Source: a virus
Lineage: Duplodnaviria > Caudoviricetes
DNA: 41,604 nucleotides
IMG/VR virus record: IMGVR_UViG_3300037604_000053
Location: 1 to 41,604 of that record
Reading direction: 5' to 3' (one strand)
Of this stretch, positions 16,480 to 25,851 are shown piece by piece. How positions within the stretch are numbered: the stretch's first letter is position 1; each line of letters begins with the position of its first letter. A program made the position numbers and the translations under genes. Under the pieces are notes generated by a model. That model ran no database searches and was not told the DNA's origin. It worked only from the letters and a program-made list of their open reading frames with translations.

Positions 16480-18629
16480 GTGCTGTCGCCCAACTGAGTT
16501 ATGTCCGGGCGAAAGGGGTGCTTCCACCTTATCCCAGCTTTTCCTCTGTTCTTGCCCGCAGTCTTGATCTGCTTTCACCCGGAGAGCGTTTGAGTGTCAG
16601 TGAGGCAGCCGAGAAATACGACCTGATTGTTTCCGCCAGTTACAGCGGTCCCTGGAAGCGTGACGACACGCCGTACATGGTCGAGCCAGCCGATATCACA
16701 GACTCCCGAAAATACATGGGTGTTGTGTTTGCTGGCCCGGCGCGGACAGGGAAGACAAAGGCGCTCATCCAGAACCCGATTTTGAAACGGATGATCTGCA
16801 ACCCCTGCAGCATCCATGTGACACAGATGGACCGCGTTGCAGCCAGAAACTTTACCATTGAGAAAATCAACTCAATGCTGCGGCACAGTCCGGAATTCCG
16901 CAAGCGGCTTGTTTCCCGGGGATCCAGTCTCGGCAATACGTTTGACAAGGTTTTTCGCGGGGACTCCCATCTGACCATTGGATGGCCGGTCGCATCACAA
17001 CTGGCTTCCCGCGACATCATGCTCACCATGTCGACCGACCACGACAAGATGCCGGATGATATCGAGGGTGAGGGGGACTTGTGGACGCTGATGTCAAAGC
17101 GGCACCAGACCTTCGGTTCGCTTGGCATGAGTGTCGCAGAAAGCTCGCCACGCAAGGAAATACAGGACAAGGATTTTGCACCGGCCAGCATTCATGAGGC
17201 ACCACCATGCGGTGGCATACTTGGCCTGTACAATCTTGGAACGCGAGGCCGTTACTACTGGTGTTGCCTGCATTGTTCGACAGTCTTCGAGGCCGATTTC
17301 AAACACCTTCGATACGAGGAAAGGGACACGATTTCCGAGACGGCAGCCACGACCTATCTGCTCTGCCCGAATGACGAGTGCGGTGGCGTGATGATGCCAT
17401 CCGACAAACATCATCTCAACCAGTCAGAAAACGGGGCCGGGTGGTTGCATGAATCGAAAGACGGAACACGTGCAGTGCCGCTCGATCATGACGATGTGCG
17501 TCCTTCCAAGATTGCCAGCTACTGGATGAAAGGCACTGCCGCTGCTTATCAAAGCTGGCCATCCCTGGTTGAGAACTGGTTGCTTGCCAATGCCCTTTTC
17601 GAACAAACGGGTGACGAACAGGCACTGCGTTCCACAACCAATGTTGACCAGGGACACCCGTATCTTCCAAGGGCAGTCGACAGCTCGATGGAGCTTTCGA
17701 CAGAACGGTTGATGAATGCCGCCACATGGCGTGAGCTGGGCGTGTTGCCGGATGATGTCTTGTTCGTTCTTGTGCAAGTCGATGTTCAGCCGAACAGGTT
17801 TGTTGTTCAGGTTGACGGCTATGGTGCAGGGCTCGAATGCTGGCTGATAGACCGCTTTGATATTTCCACACCGCCGGAAAATGCACCAGGCGGGGCCAGG
17901 GACCCGAAAACCGGCGAAGCGAAACGAACCGTTCAGCCCCACCTCTATGAAGAAGACTGGGCCGTACTCGGGGAATTGCACAAACGGTTCTGGCCATATG
18001 CCGATGCGAAATCCGGATTGTGTCCGGCAGCAATCATTATCGACTCAGGCGGGGCTGCAGGTACCACGGAAAGGGCGTACCGGTTCTGGCGCAAGCAGAA
18101 ACGCAAGGGACTGGAGCGTCGGTATTACCTGTACAAGGGTGTGGGTGGCGAGAACGTTGCCCGGGCAAAATTGCGCGCCCCGGAAAACCAATCGGCAAAA
18201 GCCTACAAAAACCAGTTGGAAGTGAAAATCGTCTTTGCTGCCACAGACAGGTTGAAGGATGAAGTCGCTGCATCGCTGGTTCGTGAAGAACCAGGCCCCG
18301 GCGCATATCATCTGCCGAGTACGCTTGCGCGCAACTACTTTCAGGAATTTTGTGCCGAGCATCGTGTGCCTGACAAAGGTTGGGCGAAAAAGAAATCGCA
18401 CTTCCGCAATGAAAGCCTGGACCTGACGGTGATGTCCCGAGCTGTACTGATCGTGCTTGGTGCGGAGAAAATCAACTGGCAGTCGCCGGTTGATTGGGCA
18501 ATCGCGGGAGAGGCAAACCGCTTTTCAGTCCGCATTGATGAAAACGGTGATGCCGTTCGTTCCGAGAAAAAAACCAGTGCGGGCGCTGCACTCGCAGCCG
18601 CCAAGCGCAACATGATCAAGCGTCGTTAA
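16476..18629 (+). CDS. Terminase large subunit (lambda GpA family)
   Basis: TPYMVEP; Walker A GPARTGKT; CxxC pairs; nuclease motifs VDVQ, IDSGG and RNESLD. Confidence 0.95.
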   Translation: MSAVAQLSYVRAKGVLPPYPSFSSVLARSLDLLSPGERLSVSEAAEKYDLIVSASYSGPWKRDDTPYMVEPADITDSRKYMGVVFAGPARTGKTKALIQNPILKRMICNPCSIHVTQMDRVAARNFTIEKINSMLRHSPEFRKRLVSRGSSLGNTFDKVFRGDSHLTIGWPVASQLASRDIMLTMSTDHDKMPDDIEGEGDLWTLMSKRHQTFGSLGMSVAESSPRKEIQDKDFAPASIHEAPPCGGILGLYNLGTRGRYYWCCLHCSTVFEADFKHLRYEERDTISETAATTYLLCPNDECGGVMMPSDKHHLNQSENGAGWLHESKDGTRAVPLDHDDVRPSKIASYWMKGTAAAYQSWPSLVENWLLANALFEQTGDEQALRSTTNVDQGHPYLPRAVDSSMELSTERLMNAATWRELGVLPDDVLFVLVQVDVQPNRFVVQVDGYGAGLECWLIDRFDISTPPENAPGGARDPKTGEAKRTVQPHLYEEDWAVLGELHKRFWPYADAKSGLCPAAIIIDSGGAAGTTERAYRFWRKQKRKGLERRYYLYKGVGGENVARAKLRAPENQSAKAYKNQLEVKIVFAATDRLKDEVAASLVREEPGPGAYHLPSTLARNYFQEFCAEHRVPDKGWAKKKSHFRNESLDLTVMSRAVLIVLGAEKINWQSPVDWAIAGEANRFSVRIDENGDAVRSEKKTSAGAALAAAKRNMIKRR

Positions 18630-18644
18630 TCCGAGGTACCTCAC

Positions 18645-18920
18645 GTGATTTCCAGTAATCCGAGCGCTGCCGAAAAGCAGCAATATGAAACATGGCTGTC
18701 AGATGCGGAAGCTGCCTATCACAGGTTGCTGACGGGAGCATCGGAGGTGACCGTGTCGTACGACGGAGAAAGCGTCACTTACCGTGCCGCCACCAAAGCG
18801 CAGCTACTCTCGTACATTGGTGAATTGCGGGCAGCGCTGGGCAAACCAAAATTGCGCAATCCCGGTGTCGGGTTTGTGGGTGTGGGTTTTGGCAGGCGGC
18901 CCCGGAGGGGTTTGTTGTGA
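18645..18920 (+). CDS. Head-tail joining protein gpW
   Basis: AEAAYHRLLTG...VSYDGESVTY...LLSYIGEL; lies between terminase and portal. Confidence 0.88.
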   Translation: MISSNPSAAEKQQYETWLSDAEAAYHRLLTGASEVTVSYDGESVTYRAATKAQLLSYIGELRAALGKPKLRNPGVGFVGVGFGRRPRRGLL

Positions 18921-20575
18921 GTGCTCCCCGGATCCTTGACCAGCACGGCAAGCCAATTGCCCGGACGGCGCTGGGTGGTGGCTACTACCGGTCTGCATCA
19001 TCCAATCATCCAACCCTGAAAAACTGGGCAGCGCCCCGGGTATCGCCGCATTCGGCCCTTCGCTTCTCCCGTGAGACGTTGTCTGACCGGATTCATGACC
19101 TTGTGCGCAATGACGGGTGGGCGTCGAGTGCCACCAACCGGTTTGTGGACACCATTGTAGGATCTGGTTGGCGGCCAAGCGCCATGCCGAACCGGGTTAC
19201 CCTAGGCTTGACGGTTGACCAGTGGACGGAAATATCCAGCCAGATCGAAGCCTATTGGCATGATTATGCGCATGACCCCGGATTTTATGCCGACGCGGAA
19301 AGGGCGGTTTCAGCTTCCGGTCTGTTGGGACTTGCAGTGCGCCACACGTTTGCTGATGGCGAGGCCCTTGGCTGGATTGGTTACAACGAGGAAATTCCTT
19401 CGAGGTTCAAGACCTGTTTGCAGGTGATAGATCCGGCTCGCCTGTCCAATCCCAACAACGGCATGGATACTGAATTCTGCAGGGATGGTGTGCATCTGGA
19501 TTCCTGGGGGGCTGCAATCGGCTATGATATCCGTTCTGCCCATCCCGGTGAATACTGGCAGGTTGGGAAGTCCTCCCACGTCTGGAATTATTTTCCCCGG
19601 GAGACGGAGTGGGGAAGGCCGGTCATCATCCATTTGCGGGAGAAACGCTGGGCCGGCATGTCACGCGGTGAGTCATTGCTTGCCCCGGTTGCTGCGAAAC
19701 TCAAACAGATCAGTGATTACGACGATTACGAAATTCAGGCAGCCTCTCTCAATGCCATATTGGCAGCGTTTGTCGAAACCCCGATGGATACCGATATACT
19801 GGCGGATGCGCTCGATAGTGAAGGGCTCAGCCGCTATGCAAGATCGGAAGCAGAATTCTATGAGGAAAGCCCGCTTGATTTTGGCGGTGTGAAACTCACC
19901 GCGTTGCACCCGGGGTCGAAGATCGGAACCATCAAGGGAGAACATCCGCACTCGAATTATGAAGCCTTCGAACGTAACGCCCTTCGCAACATCGCCGCTG
20001 CGGGCGGCATGAGTTATGAGGCGCTGACGGCCGATTTCAGCCAGGCCAATTATTCTTCAATACGCGCTGCCCTGGTTGAATTCCGAAAGAGTTTTGCCAG
20101 TCGGACGCAACTCGTGGCGGATCACTGGCAGCAACAGCATTACCGCGCATTTCTCGAAGAAGTGTTTGATCAGGGACTTGTCGATGTGCCGTCTGGGGTG
20201 CCCGGTTTTGAAGAGAACCCGGCTGCGTGGTCCCACTGCAAGTGGATCGGCCCGGGACAGGGCTGGGTGGATCCGCTCAAGGAAGCGCAGGCATCCGGGG
20301 AGCGACTGGCAACCAATATCTCAACACTGGAGATGGAAGCGGCAAGTCAGGGTCATGACTACCGGGAAATCATTCAGCAACGTGCCCGGGAACGCGCGGA
20401 AATGATCGCAGCGGGCCTCGACCCGGATGTTGGTCGTCGTGAGACCCGTGTCCAGTCGACAAGTGAAACGGTCGAAAGCCCCGACGAACAGAAACAGGAA
20501 AAGACGGGAGAAAGCGGCATGGCCACCATGCGCAACCGCCGCGTCAGCGTCCCTTCTTTCGGTTTCAGGAGATAG
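18917..20575 (+). CDS. Portal protein, lambda family
   Basis: DLVRNDGWA, RGESLLAPV, DFSQANYSSIRAAL and WIGPGQGWVDPLKEAQA. Confidence 0.95.
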   Translation: MSAPRILDQHGKPIARTALGGGYYRSASSNHPTLKNWAAPRVSPHSALRFSRETLSDRIHDLVRNDGWASSATNRFVDTIVGSGWRPSAMPNRVTLGLTVDQWTEISSQIEAYWHDYAHDPGFYADAERAVSASGLLGLAVRHTFADGEALGWIGYNEEIPSRFKTCLQVIDPARLSNPNNGMDTEFCRDGVHLDSWGAAIGYDIRSAHPGEYWQVGKSSHVWNYFPRETEWGRPVIIHLREKRWAGMSRGESLLAPVAAKLKQISDYDDYEIQAASLNAILAAFVETPMDTDILADALDSEGLSRYARSEAEFYEESPLDFGGVKLTALHPGSKIGTIKGEHPHSNYEAFERNALRNIAAAGGMSYEALTADFSQANYSSIRAALVEFRKSFASRTQLVADHWQQQHYRAFLEEVFDQGLVDVPSGVPGFEENPAAWSHCKWIGPGQGWVDPLKEAQASGERLATNISTLEMEAASQGHDYREIIQQRARERAEMIAAGLDPDVGRRETRVQSTSETVESPDEQKQEKTGESGMATMRNRRVSVPSFGFRR

Positions 20576-20578
20576 CCC

Positions 20579-21478
20579 ATGAAACGTGCCCACATAGCCA
20601 ATCTTGTTTTCAACAGGCCACTGCTCCTGTCTGCCGAAAAAGCGAATGTCATCGCGCCGTTTCTGGTCCGTGAAATTCTTGGCGAACCGGGTCTGGAGAT
20701 CCGTTTAGCCGATACTGCAGAGATTGAGGTACCCGCCCGCCATGCTGGTGTGCTGGGCAAGTCTGCCAACCTGCCCGCATACGCATCTGATGACCAGCTC
20801 GTGCCCCGAACCGGCAATGGTGTTGGTGTGGTTTCGATTGAGGGGACGCTGATTCACAAGGGTGCCTGGATTGGTGTGAATTCCGGTGAAACTTCCTATC
20901 AGGGTATTACCCGCCAGTTTGCCGAAGCGATGGATGATGACAGCATCCGGGCTGTGGTGGTGGAAGTGGACAGTCACGGTGGGGAGGTTTCGGGCTGCGC
21001 TGATGCGGCAACCATGCTGGCCGAACTCTCTGCGATGAAGCCAACCCTTGCCATTTTGACAGACCATGCATTTTCCGCTGCCTACTGGATTGCAAGCCAG
21101 GCACGGGAGATCGTGCTGCCCCGCGCTGGCGGCTGCGGTTCTATCGGTGTGATAGCGATGCATGTCGACTATTCGGACTATCTCAAGCAGGAAGGGCTTG
21201 CCGTCACGCTCGTTCATGCAGGTGCAAGAAAAGCTGATGGCAATGCATTTGAAGCATTGCCACCTTCCGTGCGCGAGGAATGGGAAGCAGAATTCGAGAT
21301 ACTTCGAAACCAGTTTGCCGAGGCCGTAGCTGCAGGACGCGGCGACCGGTTCAACGCAAAAGCGGCGCTTGACAGTGAAGCAAGAACCTTCATGGGCGAA
21401 GAAGCTGTCAGGGCCGGATTGGCCGATGCCGTCGGCAGTCCAAGAGAGGCATTCCAGTCTTTCGTGGACATGTTTTAA
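20579..21478 (+). CDS. Head maturation protease, S49 family (gpC-like)
   Basis: VDSHGGEVSG, AFSAAYWIASQA, GSIGV and GLADAV. Confidence 0.93.
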   Translation: MKRAHIANLVFNRPLLLSAEKANVIAPFLVREILGEPGLEIRLADTAEIEVPARHAGVLGKSANLPAYASDDQLVPRTGNGVGVVSIEGTLIHKGAWIGVNSGETSYQGITRQFAEAMDDDSIRAVVVEVDSHGGEVSGCADAATMLAELSAMKPTLAILTDHAFSAAYWIASQAREIVLPRAGGCGSIGVIAMHVDYSDYLKQEGLAVTLVHAGARKADGNAFEALPPSVREEWEAEFEILRNQFAEAVAAGRGDRFNAKAALDSEARTFMGEEAVRAGLADAVGSPREAFQSFVDMF

Positions 21479-21497
21479 CCCCAAAAGGAGAAATCCA

Positions 21498-22019
21498 ATG
21501 ACCAGCCTAATGGCAGCACTCCGGCGCGCCGCGTCGGATAGCGCAAACCTGTCGGCAGAGGCCGATGATGAGCGTGATGAAGAAGCTCTTGATGACGAGC
21601 GGGAAGATGAAGCCGTCAATCAGGAGGATGAAGAACAGGCAGAAGGTGATGAAGAAGAACCGGATGCAGAGGATGAAGAAGAAAAGCCTGCAGCATCTGC
21701 CGGTACGGCTATCAAGTTGGCCGAGCGCCGCCGCTGTCTTGCCATTCTCACGCATGGGGCAACCGAGTCCAATCCGGAAATTGCTGCTGAGCTGATCATG
21801 GATGGCACCTCAGCAACCCGAGCTGCCCGGCTACTGGATGCCGCAGGGAAGGGCAAAGGCACCAACTCACTGGCAAGCCGAATGTCAGCCAGTCAAGGAA
21901 GCAAGCGGCCCGGACAAGATGCCGTTAAGCGTTTTACCGGTCCAGCCAGTGCCTCCGATGCTGACAAAAAATTCGTTGAGCAGGTACGCGCCCGTCGCGC
22001 CCGGCAAGAGCTCACTTAA
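21498..22019 (+). CDS. Capsid scaffolding protein (Nu3-like)
   Basis: AAGGAG RBS; acidic low-complexity tract; AERRRCLAIL motif. Confidence 0.75.
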   Translation: MTSLMAALRRAASDSANLSAEADDERDEEALDDEREDEAVNQEDEEQAEGDEEEPDAEDEEEKPAASAGTAIKLAERRRCLAILTHGATESNPEIAAELIMDGTSATRAARLLDAAGKGKGTNSLASRMSASQGSKRPGQDAVKRFTGPASASDADKKFVEQVRARRARQELT

Positions 22020-22036
22020 ACAGAAAGGAAAATACA

Positions 22037-22384
22037 ATGGCTGAATACTCAGGCAATGATCTTCTGATCGGCCACAATCACCGCAACCGTAGCGTGACAA
22101 TCGCTTCGGGTGCTGACCTAACCCGCGGGGCTGTTCTCGGCATCGTTACAGCTTCCGGGAAATATGTGCTCAGTGCATCTGCCGCCAGTGACGGCTCTGA
22201 AACGCCTGTGGCAATTCTTGCGGTAGATGCGGCTGCAGCCGGGGCGGATGTGGTTGCACCTGTCTACTACAGCGGAGAATTCAACGCTGAATTCTGCACG
22301 TTCGGAACAGGTCATACCGTCACTACCGTCGATGCTGCCTTCGCTGCCGCACAAGCGCCCATGCATGTGCGCACTGTTTCCTAG
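22037..22384 (+). CDS. Head decoration protein D
   Basis: LTRGAVLGIVTASGKY...DGSETPVAILA...YYSGEFN. Confidence 0.9.
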   Translation: MAEYSGNDLLIGHNHRNRSVTIASGADLTRGAVLGIVTASGKYVLSASAASDGSETPVAILAVDAAAAGADVVAPVYYSGEFNAEFCTFGTGHTVTTVDAAFAAAQAPMHVRTVS

Positions 22385-22398
22385 AAAGGAATTTGAAA

Positions 22399-23430
22399 AT
22401 GGATCAACTACTATCAACAGCCGCGCTGCTATATGCACTTGACGGGCGGCGTCCACCTACCATGGCGCTCCGCGACATGTTCTTTCCCACTCCTTTCCAG
22501 TCCGATGACGAGAGCATTGTTCTGGATGAACTTGGGACCGATCTGGAGGTTGCAGCTTTTGTCTCTCCGCTAGTAGAGACGCCAGACTCCAAGATGGTGC
22601 CGCAACGTGCAGAATCCTTCAAACCCGGCTACATCAAGGAACGAAACCGTATTCTGCCAAGCCACGGACAGGTTCGACGCCCTGGTGAACAGCTGTCAGG
22701 GACTGAGGATGCCGGTACCAGGCTCAACGCGGTTATCGAACGACAGGTTGTCATGCAGGATGACCGCATTTCACGTCGCGAAGAACTAATGTGTTCTGAA
22801 ATCCTGCGAACCGGCAAAGTGGCGATCTCTGGTGACAACATCGCCACCTATGAAGCTGACTTCAACCGGGATGCGAGTCTTACCGATGCGCTCACCGGTG
22901 GTGACCGATGGGGGCAGTCAGGTGTCAAGATCATCGACTATCTGGAAGGTCGTGCCGAAGCGGTTGGCGATGTGTCGGGCGGTTCCCCCTCTGTTGTCAT
23001 CCTGGGAGCGGCCGCTGCGGCCGTTATTCGTGATGATGACAAAATCCGGGATGGTCTCGACAATACACGTCAGGCTGGTGGCTCGTTCCAGTTTGGCCCA
23101 CGACCGGCGGCTGGTGATGGTAATCATCTGGTTTACCTCGGCACATATGGCGATTTTGAGTTTTACAAACTTCGCCAGAAATTCACGGTTGAAGGTGTAT
23201 CCGTTGATGTTTGGCCAACCGGCTCGTGTCTTGTGGCCGACCCGGCTTTTCTCAACGGCTTCATGTGTCACGGTGCCGTGCTGGACCGGGGTGCAGGTGT
23301 AAAGCCGCTACCGCGTTATCCAAAGATGTGGGACAACGAGGACCCTGCGGGTACCTTCCTCCTCACACAATCAGCGCCACTGCCAGTGCCGGGCAATATC
23401 AACGCAACCGCGTATTCGCTGGTTGTCTAG
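22399..23430 (+). CDS. Major capsid protein E
   Basis: LRDMFFP, VAAFVSP, FKPGYIKE, RREELMCSEILRTGK and LLTQSAPLPVP. Confidence 0.93.
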   Translation: MDQLLSTAALLYALDGRRPPTMALRDMFFPTPFQSDDESIVLDELGTDLEVAAFVSPLVETPDSKMVPQRAESFKPGYIKERNRILPSHGQVRRPGEQLSGTEDAGTRLNAVIERQVVMQDDRISRREELMCSEILRTGKVAISGDNIATYEADFNRDASLTDALTGGDRWGQSGVKIIDYLEGRAEAVGDVSGGSPSVVILGAAAAAVIRDDDKIRDGLDNTRQAGGSFQFGPRPAAGDGNHLVYLGTYGDFEFYKLRQKFTVEGVSVDVWPTGSCLVADPAFLNGFMCHGAVLDRGAGVKPLPRYPKMWDNEDPAGTFLLTQSAPLPVPGNINATAYSLVV

Positions 23431-23440
23431 GGAGGTAATC

Positions 23441-23716
23441 ATGGCAGAAAAGAAAACTTCCATCATCATGCCCGTGGGGAAAAACCGTGGGAAGAAAGTC
23501 TCCGTTACAACAACTGAAGCGGAGAACATTGAACGGGCGTTCGGGAAATACTCGGAACAGGCTTCACCATCACTTCAGGGGCAACTTGCCTATCTCAAAG
23601 AGAAGATCACTGATCAGGCAGCCGAACTGGATGCCTTGCACAAGGAAAACGCCAAGCTGAAGGAAGACCTCGAAAAGGCAACCAAGCCTGCTGGTGGTCA
23701 AGGCGGGGTCCAGTGA
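23441..23716 (+). CDS. Hypothetical protein (FI position)
   Basis: GGAGGT RBS; coiled coil. Confidence 0.7.
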   Translation: MAEKKTSIIMPVGKNRGKKVSVTTTEAENIERAFGKYSEQASPSLQGQLAYLKEKITDQAAELDALHKENAKLKEDLEKATKPAGGQGGVQ

Positions 23717-23931
23717 CTTTGAAAGTAAAAACACTGACCCGTACCTATCCGGGCAAGGTTGAAGACATGCACGGCGCGATCATCGCGCCGGGCGAACCAT
23801 GCGAATTGACGGAAGACCAGACAATTCGCATGGAAAGCCGGTTTGGACTGGATGCGAGCTCCCGGCCCCGCGCAACCGAGCGCAAATCCGGCAAACCGGA
23901 CGAAACAGGAACCGGGGCCACGGCCAAGTGA
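23713..23931 (+). CDS. Hypothetical protein (FI-like packaging helper)
   Basis: GTGA overlaps at both ends. Confidence 0.6.
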   Translation: MTLKVKTLTRTYPGKVEDMHGAIIAPGEPCELTEDQTIRMESRFGLDASSRPRATERKSGKPDETGTGATAK

Positions 23932-24254
23932 CGGAGCACCGACACCCCCGTTTCTCGAAACTGTCCGGACCGTTTCTCCGCATGGCCGGAGAGGTGGTCA
24001 CATTTGATGCGTTCGAGGGCGATGCAGCCTTCACCACCTCAGCCATTGTGCGCGAGCAGGATGACGTGATGAACGCGGAAAGCGGGGGTGCCGGTTCCGT
24101 TGGGCCCTATGCCGTTTTGAAAGTTGATGATGCAACTGCTGCAAGACTAAGGGAAGGGCGACGCCTCACGGCAAAAACCATTTCATGGCGCATAGCATCA
24201 CCCGGCACTTCGGACGGCCGGGCAATGGTTCTGTTTGATCTGGAAAGGGTCTGA
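23928..24254 (+). CDS. Head closure / head-tail joining protein (FII-like)
   Basis: Position, size (108 aa) and beta-rich pattern. Confidence 0.65.
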   Translation: MTEHRHPRFSKLSGPFLRMAGEVVTFDAFEGDAAFTTSAIVREQDDVMNAESGGAGSVGPYAVLKVDDATAARLREGRRLTAKTISWRIASPGTSDGRAMVLFDLERV

Positions 24255-24256
24255 CC

Positions 24257-24706
24257 ATGCCCGAACATATTCGCACATCTGTGAGAAAGGCCTTTGCTGC
24301 CATTCTGGCAGACGGATTGACCGGTGTTGCTGTTCATCCGATGCGATCAAGACCGCTTGGCCTGAAGTCACCAGGACAGGCCGTTGAAATTTTTATCACG
24401 CAGGACCCTGTCACCACGCAGGGCAATCATTGCGGCAATGGTGAATATCTTCATTCGATGACTGTGCAGGTTGTCGGCTATCACGTTTCCGCAACTTCGT
24501 CCGAAGAAAATTCCGAAGCTTCCGACCTTCTTGCGCTTGATATCGAAAAGCTGATGCATGCACCAGGTGCCCTTGCCGGCCTGGTAACGGACCACTGGCT
24601 GGAGGGCACGGATCTGGCTCTTGATGCCGGCTCATACTCGAATGCTTCCTTTATGCAGCGCTGGCGGGTCGAACTGGTTTCCAGCCTTGCTGATCAACTG
24701 GCCTGA
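24257..24706 (+). CDS. Tail terminator (gpU-like)
   Basis: HIRTSVRKAFAAIL N-terminus; directly before the tail tube gene. Confidence 0.7.
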   Translation: MPEHIRTSVRKAFAAILADGLTGVAVHPMRSRPLGLKSPGQAVEIFITQDPVTTQGNHCGNGEYLHSMTVQVVGYHVSATSSEENSEASDLLALDIEKLMHAPGALAGLVTDHWLEGTDLALDAGSYSNASFMQRWRVELVSSLADQLA

Positions 24707-24749
24707 CGCGCAGACCAATTTCTAATCCCAACAAAAACGGAGAGTAATC

Positions 24750-25181
24750 ATGGCTACCAACCATGCAGGAAAACTGATGATCATTCAGCGTCCCGACCCG
24801 GTCAATGCCGGTGAATGGCTGAATCTTTGCGGTATCAACGAAACCACGTTCACCATTACCAATGCCGTGAACTCGGAGGAGCGGGTGAAGTGTACAGACC
24901 GCGCGGCTGTGGTTGAAACCATTCGTACCTATGGCGCGCAGGATATCACGTTTGATGCAAACGGCCTGTTTGACAGTGATGCAAACGGGGTCTGGACGGC
25001 AGATCAGGCTCTGGAGCACGGCAAACCCAATCTCCGTGTTTTCGTACCCGGCTTTGCTTATCTCGAGTGTGACGAGTGGCTGATCTCCAATGTCACCTGG
25101 ACTGGTGGTGCCACAGGATCCTTGCGCTTCTCGGCGAATTTTCAGGCATCAGGTACCGTAACCAAGACCGCCTTGTCATGA
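24750..25181 (+). CDS. Tail tube (major tail) protein, GTA/TP901-1-like
   Basis: AGKLMII...LCGINETTFTI...ITFDANGLF...FSANFQASGTVT. Confidence 0.85.
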   Translation: MATNHAGKLMIIQRPDPVNAGEWLNLCGINETTFTITNAVNSEERVKCTDRAAVVETIRTYGAQDITFDANGLFDSDANGVWTADQALEHGKPNLRVFVPGFAYLECDEWLISNVTWTGGATGSLRFSANFQASGTVTKTALS

Positions 25182-25585
25182 ACAGTGTTCCTGATACGGC
25201 CAATCCGTGGCGATGTGAGGAAAGGCTGGAAATCGGTAGTACCAGCCATCTACTGCGTTGCACTATGCAAACGCTTGCCACACTGCAGGCGGAACTTGAT
25301 TGTAACAACCTGATTGAGGTTTACGAACTCTGGCAGAAGCTGGATGTACCGGCGATTGAGAAAAGCCTGTATCTGCTTTCTGCCAATCCGTCACGGGCGA
25401 AAGAGTTCTGGCCGAGGGTGAACGGGGCGGAAGGCTTGATGAAGGTCCAGGCAAAGCTGTTTTCTGTATGCTCAGGCAGAACCCCGGAGGATGTCTCGAA
25501 AGAGGCTGATATCAAAAAAAAACTGGAGGCCATTCTCGCCGACAATCTGGAAAGGGTGCCACTGGTTCTGGAAGCGATACGCTGA
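25178..25585 (+). CDS. Tail assembly chaperone (G)
   Basis: ANPWRCEERLEIG...LRCTMQTLATLQAEL; follows the tube gene. Confidence 0.75.
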   Translation: MNSVPDTANPWRCEERLEIGSTSHLLRCTMQTLATLQAELDCNNLIEVYELWQKLDVPAIEKSLYLLSANPSRAKEFWPRVNGAEGLMKVQAKLFSVCSGRTPEDVSKEADIKKKLEAILADNLERVPLVLEAIR

Positions 25586-25851
25586 ATTCGGCATCGCTTC
25601 CATTTCGCCGCTGGATGCAAATCGCTGGCGGGGTGCTTCACTGGACGGAAGCCGAATTCTGGTCCTGCAGTCCTGTTTACTTCCAGTCCACGCTGGATGG
25701 AATTCTTGAGATGCATGGCAAGCAGGCCGGTAATGACATCGACGCGGAAACCTACGAACAGTGCAAGACAGAATATGCAGCAGAGCTGGCGCTCAGCAGT
25801 GATGACCTTGCCCGCATTCGTGCTGCTTCGGGAAAACGGGATGAACGATAA
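25516..25851 (+). CDS. Tail assembly chaperone T segment, reached by a -1 frameshift
   Basis: The -1 frame is open from the A9 run (25514-25522) to 25851 and encodes WMQIAGGVLHWTEAEFWSCSP. Confidence 0.7.
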   Translation, partial: KKTGGHSRRQSGKGATGSGSDTLNSASLPFRRWMQIAGGVLHWTEAEFWSCSPVYFQSTLDGILEMHGKQAGNDIDAETYEQCKTEYAAELALSSDDLARIRAASGKRDER

